Assembly (NCBI GenBank): GCA_031441465.1
Contig: JANOEP010000035.1
Location: 1 to 64,000, forward strand
From: a bacterium
GTDB taxonomy: Bacteria > Krumholzibacteriota > Krumholzibacteriia > LZORAL124-64-63
DNA length: 64,000 bases
Direction of reading: 5' to 3'
Under the pieces are notes generated by a model, which saw only the letters and a list, made by a program, of their open reading frames with translations, did no database searches and was not told the origin of the DNA. This document shows positions 36,903-45,921 of the stretch, piece by piece; the stretch's first letter is position 1, and each line of letters opens with the position of its first letter. The translations under genes were made by a program, and so were the position numbers.

Positions 36903-37646
36903 CTACCGCGGCTTGACGGCGCGGGCGATCAGGAACAAGCCTGGCCCCGAGGCGCACGCCGCCTCTTCCCGGAAGAAGCGCCGGGTCAGCCGGGCCGTGC
37001 GCCACCGGCCGAAGTTGAAGCCGCGCTCGATCCCCCGCTGGAACAGCGCCACGGCGAAGGGACTCCGGAAGACGGGCTCCACGACGACGTCCTGGAACCC
37101 GACCGAGACCAGCAGGTCGCGCAATTCCTCGCGACGGTAGTAGTGCTGCACGGCGTGGGCGCGCCGGTGCCGCTCGACGAGGCCGGCGTCGGTGATCGCC
37201 TCGAGCGAGTCCACCGAGAAGATCATCTCGCCGCCCGGCTTGAGCAGGCGCAGCGCCGTCCGGATGACGCTCACGTGGTCGGGAATGTGTTCGATCACGC
37301 AGATGCTGAAGATGCGGTCGAAGGTGCCGTCCGCGAACCCCGCCGCCTCGATGGGGACGTCCAGGAAGTCCGCCCGGACACGCCCCGGCAGGTGGCGGGC
37401 GAACCAGCGCGCCCTGGCGATGAAGCCCGGGTCGACGTCCAGACCCGTGATGTGGCCGCAGCGCCGGCCCAGCAGCAGGGTGTGGTTGCCCGTGCCGCAG
37501 CCGATGTCCAGGACCCGTTCGTCGCCGCACCAGGCGAGGCCGCGGGTGAGTTCGGCGAACTCGTAGATCTTGAACGGGCTGTAGGTGAAATAGATGTGCG
37601 GGTAGAGGCGCAGCTTCAGCAGGAGCAGCCACAGCAGGTTCTTCAA
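36903..37646 (-). CDS. Class I SAM-dependent methyltransferase
   Basis: VLDIGCGTG, FDRIFSICVIEHI, LLKPGG; TTG start at 37646 with GAGGTG RBS. Confidence 0.85.
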   Translation of the reverse strand: MKNLLWLLLLKLRLYPHIYFTYSPFKIYEFAELTRGLAWCGDERVLDIGCGTGNHTLLLGRRCGHITGLDVDPGFIARARWFARHLPGRVRADFLDVPIEAAGFADGTFDRIFSICVIEHIPDHVSVIRTALRLLKPGGEMIFSVDSLEAITDAGLVERHRRAHAVQHYYRREELRDLLVSVGFQDVVVEPVFRSPFAVALFQRGIERGFNFGRWRTARLTRRFFREEAACASGPGLFLIARAVKPR

Positions 37647-37674
37647 GCGGCACCTCGGCGGTCGCTGGTGGTCG

Positions 37675-38511
37675 TCAGTTCTTGCGGCTGGCCCGGCGCA
37701 GGATCTCCCGTTCCTGCTCGGTGAGGCTGGCGAGCCCCTCGCGGGAGATCTTTTCCAGGAGGCGGTCGATCTCGTCGCGGGGCGCGGCGGGTCCCGATGC
37801 TGGCGGCGGCGCGTCGTCCAGGACGTGGAAGCGGCCGCGGGCCCGGTTGCGGCGACGCGAACGGGTGTACTTCCGCCACAGCCCATCGCCGACCTTGAGG
37901 TAGAGCACGCCGAACAGGATGCCCCCGAGGTGGGCGAGGTGCCCCACGCTCGACGGGGTCCGGGTCGCCAGCAGCTCAAAGATCCCCAGGCCGATCACGA
38001 ACCACTTCACCTTGATCGGAATCAGGAACCACAGCAGGACGCGGCGCTCGGGGTAGAGCAGGCCGTAGGCGGTCAGGATGCCGTAGCCCGCGCCCGAGGC
38101 CCCGATCAGCGGGATCGCCGCGGTGGCCGGCTCGATGCGCGGCATCAGCAGCACGTAGACCAGGCCCGCGCCGACCCCGGTGAACAGGTAGTAGCGCAGG
38201 AAGGCTCGCTTGCCCCACTGGGTGTCGATTTCCGAACCGAACATCCAGAGCAGGAACATGTTGAAGAAGATGTGCCAGAAGTTCTGGTGCAGGAACATGT
38301 AGGTCACGAACTGCCAGATGTACCCGCGGTCCAGGGCCTGGCGGGGCACGAGTCCGAAGAGCTGATCGAAGGCGTAGCGGGTCTCGCCGTCGCCCAGGAG
38401 CATGCGCAGCACGAACACCGTGATGTTGACGGCGAGCAGGGCGCGGACCGTGGGGGTCAGCGCGGGGCCGAAGCTGAAACCGATCGACTGTCCCGAACCG
38501 TAGGATCGCAC
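37675..38511 (-). CDS. Rhomboid family intramembrane serine protease
   Basis: WQFVTYMFLH, HIFFNM, GASG (Ser), AHLGG (His); C-terminal DRLLEKI..EG...LT. Confidence 0.92.
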   Translation of the reverse strand: MRSYGSGQSIGFSFGPALTPTVRALLAVNITVFVLRMLLGDGETRYAFDQLFGLVPRQALDRGYIWQFVTYMFLHQNFWHIFFNMFLLWMFGSEIDTQWGKRAFLRYYLFTGVGAGLVYVLLMPRIEPATAAIPLIGASGAGYGILTAYGLLYPERRVLLWFLIPIKVKWFVIGLGIFELLATRTPSSVGHLAHLGGILFGVLYLKVGDGLWRKYTRSRRRNRARGRFHVLDDAPPPASGPAAPRDEIDRLLEKISREGLASLTEQEREILRRASRKN

Positions 38512-38597
38512 TTGTAGATCTCCCTTGGTCGCTGGCCGGCACCCAAACTACAACATCGGGGGCGCTCTGGCACGGGAAATGACCGCCGGTACGAGCC

Positions 38598-38635
38598 GGA
38601 AAAGGAACAGGGCGGGAACTCGCGTCCCCGCCCTG
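38598..38635 (-). terminator. Rho-independent terminator after fadL-GDSL operon
   Basis: Stem CAGGGCGGG (38608-38616)/CCCGCCCTG (38627-38635) followed on the minus strand by TTCCTTTT. Confidence 0.75.
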
Positions 38636-38657
38636 CGCTTTCGCGGCACGGTGCCCG

Positions 38658-40052
38658 CTAGCGGAAGATGGCGTCCATCGCCCTGGCCGCCTCGGGGCTC
38701 AGGCCCGGGGCCGCCTTCTCGTCGATGGGGATCCCGTAGGTCGGGTCCCAGGTCAGGTTCGCCAGGTTGACGCTCGGGATCGAGGTGTCCAGCGCCTCGT
38801 TGATCGTGGCGATCATGCCGTTGGCGACGAAACCGTAGCCGCGGTTGTTCGGGTGGATGCCGTCGAGGGAGAAGTAGGTCGTCGCCGCGGCGATGGCCGC
38901 CCCGTACTGCGCCTCCAGCGCCAGGAAGTGCGTGGCCTGGCCGGCGGTCAGGCCCGCCAGGGCGGCGTGCGCGTCGTACAAGTAGACGTGGTCGCGCTCG
39001 TCCACGGCCGTGGCGATGGCCGCGTTGAATCCCGTGACCGCGTCCTGCACGACCGCCGTCTCGGTGACGTCCAAGGTGTACTCCTCGGGCAGGGGCAGGC
39101 CGGCCATACCCTCATCGGCGAGGTAGCTCAGGGTCGGGAAGCGGACGTAGACCGCGTCGGCTTCGGTGAACAGGTTGGCGTCAGGGAGCGTCTCGGGTCC
39201 CGGCAAGCCGGCCATGGCCCGGAACAGCGCCTTGGGCATGAAGTAGGGCGTGCTGGCGATGTCCGGCACGTTGGCCGTGATGATCACCGGCGTGAAACCG
39301 GTGCGGGCGAACACCGTGTCGGTGACGCGGTCGAGCAGCGCCTCGTACATCGCGGCGAAGGCCGTCGGCGGCGTCACGTTGACGCCCAGGACCGGCTCGC
39401 CGCTGGTGGCGCCGCCGAGGGCGTCGTTGTTGCCCAGCCAGCAGGTGACCAGGGTCGGCCCCAGCGACGCGGCCTGGTCGCACATGACCACGCCGCCGAA
39501 GACGCTGTTGCGCAGGATGAAGTCGAAGTACGAGTTGCCCGGCGACTGGCTGTTGGCCGAGCTGGTGGCGTTCATGCCGTCCCACAGCGTCGCGCCCGGC
39601 ACGCCCAGGTTCTGGTAGGCCACCGGCCACCGGGCGGCCAGCAGCAGCGTGCTCTGCACGTCCGCCAGCGGCGTCCGGCCGGCCAGCGAGAGGCTGGCGC
39701 CGTCGAAGCGCAGCACGCCGGCCGCGTAGCCCTCGCCGGCGTCGGAGCTGCCGATGCCCGGCATCGCGATCAGCGGCTGCATGAACGAGCCCGCCGGGTA
39801 GCCCAGCGCCGAGGCGATGAGCTGCGGGTAGGAGTTGACCTGGCCGTTCATCACCAGCCCGCCGTCCATGAAACCGGCGGTCAGGCTGTTGCCGATGGCC
39901 ACGTAGTTGGAGAAGATCGCCTCGCCGGTCGGCTGCTCGTAGGTCAGCTCCACCGGCGCGGGTGTCTCGACGCTGCAGCCCGCGGCCAGGAGGGCCAGCA
40001 GGGCGACGGCGGTCGCCAGGGTCGTCGCCAGGGTCTTGGTGTGCTTGTTCAT
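38658..40052 (-). CDS. SGNH/GDSL hydrolase lipoprotein
   Basis: Lipobox AAGC; YVAIGNSLTAG, NLGVPGA, WLGNNDAL, SLDGIHPN. Confidence 0.9.
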   Translation of the reverse strand: MNKHTKTLATTLATAVALLALLAAGCSVETPAPVELTYEQPTGEAIFSNYVAIGNSLTAGFMDGGLVMNGQVNSYPQLIASALGYPAGSFMQPLIAMPGIGSSDAGEGYAAGVLRFDGASLSLAGRTPLADVQSTLLLAARWPVAYQNLGVPGATLWDGMNATSSANSQSPGNSYFDFILRNSVFGGVVMCDQAASLGPTLVTCWLGNNDALGGATSGEPVLGVNVTPPTAFAAMYEALLDRVTDTVFARTGFTPVIITANVPDIASTPYFMPKALFRAMAGLPGPETLPDANLFTEADAVYVRFPTLSYLADEGMAGLPLPEEYTLDVTETAVVQDAVTGFNAAIATAVDERDHVYLYDAHAALAGLTAGQATHFLALEAQYGAAIAAATTYFSLDGIHPNNRGYGFVANGMIATINEALDTSIPSVNLANLTWDPTYGIPIDEKAAPGLSPEAARAMDAIFR

Positions 40053-40067
40053 CGCGGTCCTCCTTTC

Positions 40068-41390
40068 CTAGAAGCGGTAGCCGACGCCGACGCCGAAGAT
40101 GTGGGCGTAGGAGTCGTAGCTGCCGGCGGGGTTGAATTCGGTCTCGAACGACTGCTGCACGCCGCCTTCGACGTTGCTGCGCTCGTCGAAGTTCACGCCC
40201 ATGTAGGTGCCGGTCAGCGTGATGCGCTCGGTGGCGCGCAGCTGCAGGCCGGCGGAGTAGTCGTTGCGGTTGGCGTCGGGCAGCAGCGGGCTGATCGAGC
40301 CCACCGGCTGCGGGCTCTCGTCGCGCACGTAGCCGGCCATGGCCAGCAGCTTCGGCGTGACCTGGTACTGGGCGCCGAAGCGCAGCTGCAGGACGTCCTT
40401 GTAGTCCTCGCGGATCGTCTGGTCGAGCGGGTTGGTCTCAAAGTCCAGGACCAGGGCGTCGAAGTAGCTCCAGCCGAAGTGGACGGCGTCGAACTCGAGG
40501 CGGGCCTTCTCGGTGACCTGGCAGGCCACGCCCACCGCCAGCATGTGCGGCAGCTTCAGGTCGGTGACGCCGTCGTGCTTCGCCCCGCCCAGCGCCGCGA
40601 TCTGGGCGTCGATGGTGGCGGTGAGTGCGGCGGGCGCAACATTGGTCAGGGTCAGCTCGCCGTTGCGGACTTCCATCTTCTTCTGATGGTGGTACATCAC
40701 GCCGAAGGTGACCTTGGGGCTGGCCTTGACCATCAGGCCCATCATGGGCGTCACGTTGATCCGGCTGGTGCCCTCGATCTTCGCGTCCAGCACGTCGACG
40801 TAGGGGTCGGCCGTGGGGTCGGTGCCGAAATGGACCGCCGAACGCTTGTTCAGCTGGATTTCGGTGTGCGCGATGTCCAGGCCGAACGCGATGCCGACCG
40901 TCTCCTCGACCTTCCAGCTCAGCACCGGGGTGACGTAGACGGTCGCGAGGTCGACGTCGTAGCTCGTGCGCCGCCCGACCCACGCCTCGGGATCCGCCCA
41001 CTCGACGCCCAGGCCGAAGGGCGCGGACAGGCCGACGCCGTAGGTCAGGTCGCCCACGTTGCGGTACCAGTAGGCCCCCGGGATGGGGAAGGACTGGTCG
41101 ACCGTCTTGCCGGTGGCGTGGCTGCCGTCGGGGCGGATTGCGCCGGTGAATTCCGACGACGGGATGACCGGCATGAGGTTGAGGTCCACGGCCATCCCGT
41201 CCAGGAAGGCCAGGCCCGCGGGGTTGTAGAAGATGGCCGAGCCGTCGTCCGCCGTGGCGGTGAACGCGCCGCCCAGGGCGGTGGCCCGGGCGCCGGCCTC
41301 GTAGATGTTGAAGCCGCCTGCCGCGGCCGTGCCGGCCAGCAGCAGGGTCGCCGCGCCGGCGAGCAGGATCGCCGCTCGGGTCCTTGTCAT
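40068..41390 (-). CDS. OmpP1/FadL family outer membrane transporter
   Basis: Signal peptide, GGF.IYE.GARA..LGGA, FYNPAGL, PFGL, C-terminal YRF. Confidence 0.9.
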   Translation of the reverse strand: MTRTRAAILLAGAATLLLAGTAAAGGFNIYEAGARATALGGAFTATADDGSAIFYNPAGLAFLDGMAVDLNLMPVIPSSEFTGAIRPDGSHATGKTVDQSFPIPGAYWYRNVGDLTYGVGLSAPFGLGVEWADPEAWVGRRTSYDVDLATVYVTPVLSWKVEETVGIAFGLDIAHTEIQLNKRSAVHFGTDPTADPYVDVLDAKIEGTSRINVTPMMGLMVKASPKVTFGVMYHHQKKMEVRNGELTLTNVAPAALTATIDAQIAALGGAKHDGVTDLKLPHMLAVGVACQVTEKARLEFDAVHFGWSYFDALVLDFETNPLDQTIREDYKDVLQLRFGAQYQVTPKLLAMAGYVRDESPQPVGSISPLLPDANRNDYSAGLQLRATERITLTGTYMGVNFDERSNVEGGVQQSFETEFNPAGSYDSYAHIFGVGVGYRF

Positions 41391-41631
41391 CGCGCCTCCT
41401 TCATGTGCAGGGGGGGCGCCTCGCGCCCCGGTTGACGGGCGTCCGCGACGCCACGCTGACACTCGGCATGGGGATGCAACCTACCACACGTTTGCGCAGC
41501 ATTGAAATCGTGTTTTCCAGTGCCGACGCAATGTCCGGATCTCGATGAGTAATTGTTATCTTATGATAAAAGTGATACTAGCCATGAAATTGTCGCTGCC
41601 TCATCTCCCTGCTGTTCTTTAACTTGGGTCT

Positions 41632-41756
41632 GCACAACGAGCGGTGACAGGGGTGTCTTGAAGGCCCTGTAGCCAGGATGGCGGAAGGGCCGGAAAGCCA
41701 AGCGCTCCGGGCACACGATGTGCCCGGAGCGCGTCCCCTGTCACCGCTCGTTGTGC
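41632..41756. repeat. 125-bp palindromic element (MITE-like or structured RNA) with perfect 22-bp terminal inverted repeats
   Basis: GCACAACGAGCGGTGACAGGGG (41632-41653) is the exact reverse complement of 41735-41756; internal hairpins at 41663-41691 and 41702-41732. Confidence 0.85.
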
Positions 41757-43507
41757 TACTCCCAGCGACGGAAACGGTCGCTCAAGTAAGAGGCCACGAT
41801 CAGGACCAGCATCAGCAGGGTCCCGATGTAGACCCAGTTCGGCACCGCGATGGCGTCGCCCTGCGCGTAGCTGTGCAGCCCCGACAGGAAGTAGTTCACG
41901 CCGAAGTAGGTCATCACCACCGAGGCGATCCCCGCGAAGCCGCCGGTGGCCAGCACCCAGGGCCGGTTCATGGCCGGGATCCAGCGGAAGTGCAGCACCG
42001 TGGCGTAGACCAGGATCGTCACCAACGACCAGGTCTCCTTCGGGTCCCAGCCCCAGTAGCGGCCCCAGGACTCGTTGGCCCAGACGCCGCCCAGCAGCGT
42101 GCCGATGCTCAGCAGGCCCACGCCGGTCACCAGCACGCGGAACAGCAGGCGGTCCAGCTTGAGGATGGCCTCGCGCACGTGCGGGCGGCGCGGGCTCTTC
42201 TGCAGGAACAGGATCAGGTTCAGGCCGCCCAGCAGCGAACCAAGTCCCAGGAAGCCGTAGCTGCCGGTGATGATCGTGACGTGGATGTTCAGCCAGTAGG
42301 AGGCGAGCACCGGCACCAGCGGCCCGATGGCCGGGTCGAAGGTCGAGAGCATGGCCACCGCGAGGATCACCATGGTCAGCAGCGCGGAGATGCCCGCCGA
42401 CGAGCCGCGCCGGTCGCGCAGTTCGAAGATCAGGCCGGCGATCGCGGTCGCCAGCGCAATGAAGATGAGCGACTCGTAGCCGTTGCTCAGGGGCGCGCGG
42501 CCCGAGGCGACCCAGCGCAGGACGTAAGCCGCGAAATGGAAGAGCAGCGAGCCCACGAACAGCGCCATGCCCACCAGGTAGAGGGGGTGGCGAAGGGGGT
42601 AGGGCTCGCCGCCGCGTCGCGCCAGGCTCCAGAAGAACGCGAACAGCAGCAAGACGAAGGCTGCCAGGTAGGGCATCGTCACGTTGCGGAAGGGGTGGGC
42701 CTTGTTCAGCCACAGTTCCGCCTTCAACGCGCCGTCGCTCGGCAGCACGGCGGCCCCGAACTGGTGCTGCAGCGCGGAGGTCGCCTCCAGCCCGGCGCGG
42801 ATGCGCTGCTGGTCGCCGGACCGCAGGCCCGACAGCAGGCGGTCCATGGCATCGCGGCTGCGGTCGGCCCACTCGGATCCCGGCTGCTCGAGCAGCCCGT
42901 TGAAATCGGTCCAGGTGTGGGCCGGATCGCCGGCGACGGGGTAGAGGCGCAGGCTGCCGCCGTTGAGCACGTCCCAGAAGATGTTGAAGCGCTCGTCGAA
43001 CAGCAGCAGCTGGCGCTGCAGCTTGGTGCGATCGCGATCCGGTGTGCGCAGGGCCTCGCGCACCGGTTCGGCCAGGACGTACTGGTTGCCGTTCAGCAGG
43101 CTGCTGGCGCTGACCCAGCGCGTCTCCGCCGAGACGCCCAGCAGCTTCTTCAGCCCGGGGAAGCGCACGGCCAGCACGGGGTAGTCGAACCAGAACTCGG
43201 GATTGGTCAGCCAGGACATGTAGAGGTCCATGGGCTCCCAACCCTCGAAGCTCTCCCGCTTGGTGATCTTCATCGAGATTTCGCGGGCCTGGGTGTCCAG
43301 GGGCTTCATGCGCCCGCGGAAGTCCTGCATGGCCAGCGACTCGCACAGGGCGCGGTTGTCGTCGCCGAGGAAGTTCAGCTGCGGCGGCCCGGCCGGGGCG
43401 TGGTCGTGCTCGTGCTCGTGGTCGTGTTCTTGTGTCTGGCCGACGGCGGGAACCGCCCAGGCCAGGGCGAGCAGGGCGGCGAACAGGGCGAGGTGACGCC
43501 GGGTCAT
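41756..43507 (-). CDS. ccsA: Cytochrome c biogenesis protein CcsA (System II)
   Basis: WWD domain WANESWGRYWGWDPKETW, WLNIHV, GLHSYA; GGAGG RBS; own signal peptide and His-rich N-terminus. Confidence 0.93.
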   Translation of the reverse strand: MTRRHLALFAALLALAWAVPAVGQTQEHDHEHEHDHAPAGPPQLNFLGDDNRALCESLAMQDFRGRMKPLDTQAREISMKITKRESFEGWEPMDLYMSWLTNPEFWFDYPVLAVRFPGLKKLLGVSAETRWVSASSLLNGNQYVLAEPVREALRTPDRDRTKLQRQLLLFDERFNIFWDVLNGGSLRLYPVAGDPAHTWTDFNGLLEQPGSEWADRSRDAMDRLLSGLRSGDQQRIRAGLEATSALQHQFGAAVLPSDGALKAELWLNKAHPFRNVTMPYLAAFVLLLFAFFWSLARRGGEPYPLRHPLYLVGMALFVGSLLFHFAAYVLRWVASGRAPLSNGYESLIFIALATAIAGLIFELRDRRGSSAGISALLTMVILAVAMLSTFDPAIGPLVPVLASYWLNIHVTIITGSYGFLGLGSLLGGLNLILFLQKSPRRPHVREAILKLDRLLFRVLVTGVGLLSIGTLLGGVWANESWGRYWGWDPKETWSLVTILVYATVLHFRWIPAMNRPWVLATGGFAGIASVVMTYFGVNYFLSGLHSYAQGDAIAVPNWVYIGTLLMLVLIVASYLSDRFRRWE

Positions 43508-45234
43508 CGCGTCCTCCTGGTGTCGTCGGCTTCGGTTTTCACGGGCCAGATGAGGTCCCGGGCGAAGATCAGCACGAATCCCAGCGAGATCAGGATGTAG
43601 CCGAGGTAGGTCGGCCACTTGCCGGGGTCGTAGTTCACCGACAGCACGGTGCCCTTCTCGTCCGTGTCGTACGAGGACTGGAAGTGCTTGCGGCCGCGGT
43701 GGGTCAGGGGGTGGTTCATGTAGATGCGCACCGGGCGGCCGCTGATCCCCTGCTCCTGGTCGATGAGCCGCACGTGGCTCTCGTAGCTGGCGGGGTTGCG
43801 GCTGCCGGGGTAGTTCACCAGCAGGAAGTCGTCGAGGTGCAGGCTGTAGGGCAGGGGCAGCTTGATCGAGCCCAGCACGACGCGCGCCGCCCGGCCGCCC
43901 AGATCGATCTGCTCGCCGCGGCCGTCGTCCTTGAACACCACGGTCTCGGTGGCGACGCCCTGGGGACCGGAGACTGCGATGCGCGCGGCTGCGGGATCGT
44001 GCTCGTCCTCGCTCGGGGCCGGCTTCAACTGGATGTGGGGGAGGTTCTGCTGGATCACGAACTGGAAGCCGTCGTCCACGATGCGGTAGAGCACGAGTTC
44101 CTCGACCGGGAAGGCCTCCCCGGCGGGCAACTCGGCCTCGATCTCGCCGCTGGCCATGTCCATCCTCTGCATGGGCAGCGACGCGCGCGCGGTGACGGCG
44201 CCATCGGCGGCGCGGGCGAAGGTCAGCCCGCGGTCGAAGGCGTAGAGCAGGTCCAACTCGGGGAAGGCGTCCTTGCCGCCGTCATCGCCCATGGCGAAGT
44301 CCGGGTGCAGGGCGAACAGCAGGCGCTCGCCCGCGCGGCCCTGGGGGTCGGTGATCGCGACGCGGATCACGGGGTTGGTCATGGCGCCCTGGAAGTTCGT
44401 CCCCCCGCCCACCTGGAACTCGGACTGGAACTCGGTGATCGTGAAGCGCCAGCCGGCGTGGGTGAACGCGGCCGGCAGCGTGTCGGGAACGTCGAAGTCG
44501 GCGCTGCCGCCGCCGGCCCGCACGCGCAGGCGGCCCCAGCGGGTGTCGCCGCCGTCGCCGGACCCGAACGCGCCTTCGACCAGGCGCAGGGTGATGCCGC
44601 GGACCGGCTGCGGTTCGCCCGCCACGAGGACCAGCGCCTCGGGTCCCGTCTCGCCCACGGTCGTCAGCTTGAGTGCGGCGGGCCCGCTGTCGGCGGACTG
44701 GTAGGTGAGGGCGTAGTGGGGCCAGTACTCCAGGACCGAGAGGCGGTACTTCTGGCCGCCGAGCTTGACCGTGTGCGCGATGCTCTGCTTGCCGGGCGCG
44801 TACATCTGGACCGGGAACGACGCCGTTTCGCCGCCGCTCTCGAGCTGCAGGTGCGTCTCGCGCGACCAGACGAAGTCGGTCGCGGTGCCCTCGCGGATCG
44901 GCATGATGCCCTCGTGCCCGAAATACCGGGTGATGCCCGCGCTGATCAGGATCCAGATCATCGCGACGTGCACGAGCACGAAGCCGGTCTGGCGCGGCCG
45001 GTAAGGCAGGTTCTTGAACAGCAGCAGCAGCAGGTTCAGGCAGAGCAGGGCGAGCACCAGCTCGAACCAGCGGGTGCCGTAGACCATGTCCCGGGCGCCG
45101 ATGGCTCCGTAGCTGGATTCCAGGAAGGTCGCCTTGCCGATGGCCACGGCGAAGATCACCAGCAGCGCGATGCTCAGCTTGAGCGAGGTCAGCGCGCGGA
45201 TGAGCGGGAACTGGAAAAAGCGGGTCACGGTCAC
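43504..45234 (-). CDS. ccsB: Cytochrome c biogenesis protein CcsB/ResB (System II)
   Basis: Three N-terminal TMs with conserved His (VLVHVA), F....YPGS.NPASYES, IYMNHPL, FQSSYD, DPG...TYLGY; start approximate. Confidence 0.88.
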   Translation of the reverse strand: MTVTRFFQFPLIRALTSLKLSIALLVIFAVAIGKATFLESSYGAIGARDMVYGTRWFELVLALLCLNLLLLLFKNLPYRPRQTGFVLVHVAMIWILISAGITRYFGHEGIMPIREGTATDFVWSRETHLQLESGGETASFPVQMYAPGKQSIAHTVKLGGQKYRLSVLEYWPHYALTYQSADSGPAALKLTTVGETGPEALVLVAGEPQPVRGITLRLVEGAFGSGDGGDTRWGRLRVRAGGGSADFDVPDTLPAAFTHAGWRFTITEFQSEFQVGGGTNFQGAMTNPVIRVAITDPQGRAGERLLFALHPDFAMGDDGGKDAFPELDLLYAFDRGLTFARAADGAVTARASLPMQRMDMASGEIEAELPAGEAFPVEELVLYRIVDDGFQFVIQQNLPHIQLKPAPSEDEHDPAAARIAVSGPQGVATETVVFKDDGRGEQIDLGGRAARVVLGSIKLPLPYSLHLDDFLLVNYPGSRNPASYESHVRLIDQEQGISGRPVRIYMNHPLTHRGRKHFQSSYDTDEKGTVLSVNYDPGKWPTYLGYILISLGFVLIFARDLIWPVKTEADDTRRTR

Positions 45235-45417
45235 CGTCCGGGTTGGAGGGTGCGGCCGACGCGGCCGCCGTGAAGGCGCGAACGAAAAGACCAGGCCGTG
45301 AACAGAAAGACCGGAGCGCGAACGAACGTTCCGGTGCCGTCGGGCGGCGTCGGACATGATAACTGCCGTTGGGACCGGGAACAAGCAACACCAAGGGGAT
45401 CAGTCGGGTTTCCTGCC

Positions 45418-45448
45418 TTGACCGTCGATCTCTAAATGATTATCAATT
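45418..45448. promoter_or_regulatory. Promoter with Fur-like box between divergent ccsB and Rrf2 genes
   Basis: AATGATTATCAAT (45435-45447) is 12/13 to the Fur core AATGATTATCATT; TTGACC at 45418. Confidence 0.55.
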
Positions 45449-45480
45449 GGTATGGAATACGCCCGCACCGGAGGTCGACC

Positions 45481-45921
45481 GTGTTCAAACTCGAAACCCG
45501 CTACGCGCTGCACGCCGCCGTCGTCCTCGCCGAACACGACACCCTGGTGCCCAACGCCAAGCTCGCCGAGCGCCTCGGCGTGTCCCTGCCGATGGTGGCC
45601 AAGATCATGAACCGCCTCGTCCAGGCGGACGTCGCGGTGAGCCGTCCCGGTCCCGGCGGCGGTTACGCGCTGGCCCGCCCGGCCGGGCAGATCCGCCTGG
45701 TCGAGGTTGTCGCCCCCACCGAAGGCTCCGCTTGGGGCCATACCTGCCTGCTCGGCTTGGCGGCCTGCGACGACGCCAACCCCTGCGCCCTGCACGGGGC
45801 CTGGGGCCGGCTGCGCGACCATATCCAGATCATGCTGCGCGAGCGCACGGTGGCCGAGATGGCCGCCGGTGTCGTGGACCTCGACCTGAAGGTGGTGCCG
45901 GGCGATGCTTCCCCGACTTGA
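45481..45921 (+). CDS. Rrf2 family transcriptional regulator
   Basis: RYALH, S.PGPGGGY.LAR, C-x6-C-x5-C-xx-H cluster ligands; GGAGG RBS before GTG 45481. Confidence 0.9.
   Translation: MFKLETRYALHAAVVLAEHDTLVPNAKLAERLGVSLPMVAKIMNRLVQADVAVSRPGPGGGYALARPAGQIRLVEVVAPTEGSAWGHTCLLGLAACDDANPCALHGAWGRLRDHIQIMLRERTVAEMAAGVVDLDLKVVPGDASPT

Noticed and set aside
38568..38584. Sigma54-like TGGCACG site
   Set aside because: The -12 TTGC element is missing and no plus-strand gene follows.
41632..41756. Retron msr-msd or integron attC reading of the palindromic element
   Set aside because: No reverse transcriptase or integrase in the window, the outer stem is perfect with no extrahelical bases, and ccsA is not cassette-like; kept only as an unclassified element.
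43490..43520. Frameshifted ccsBA pseudogene
   Set aside because: ATGA overlap, strong GGAGG RBS and a signal peptide on the downstream ORF indicate a genuine two-gene arrangement.
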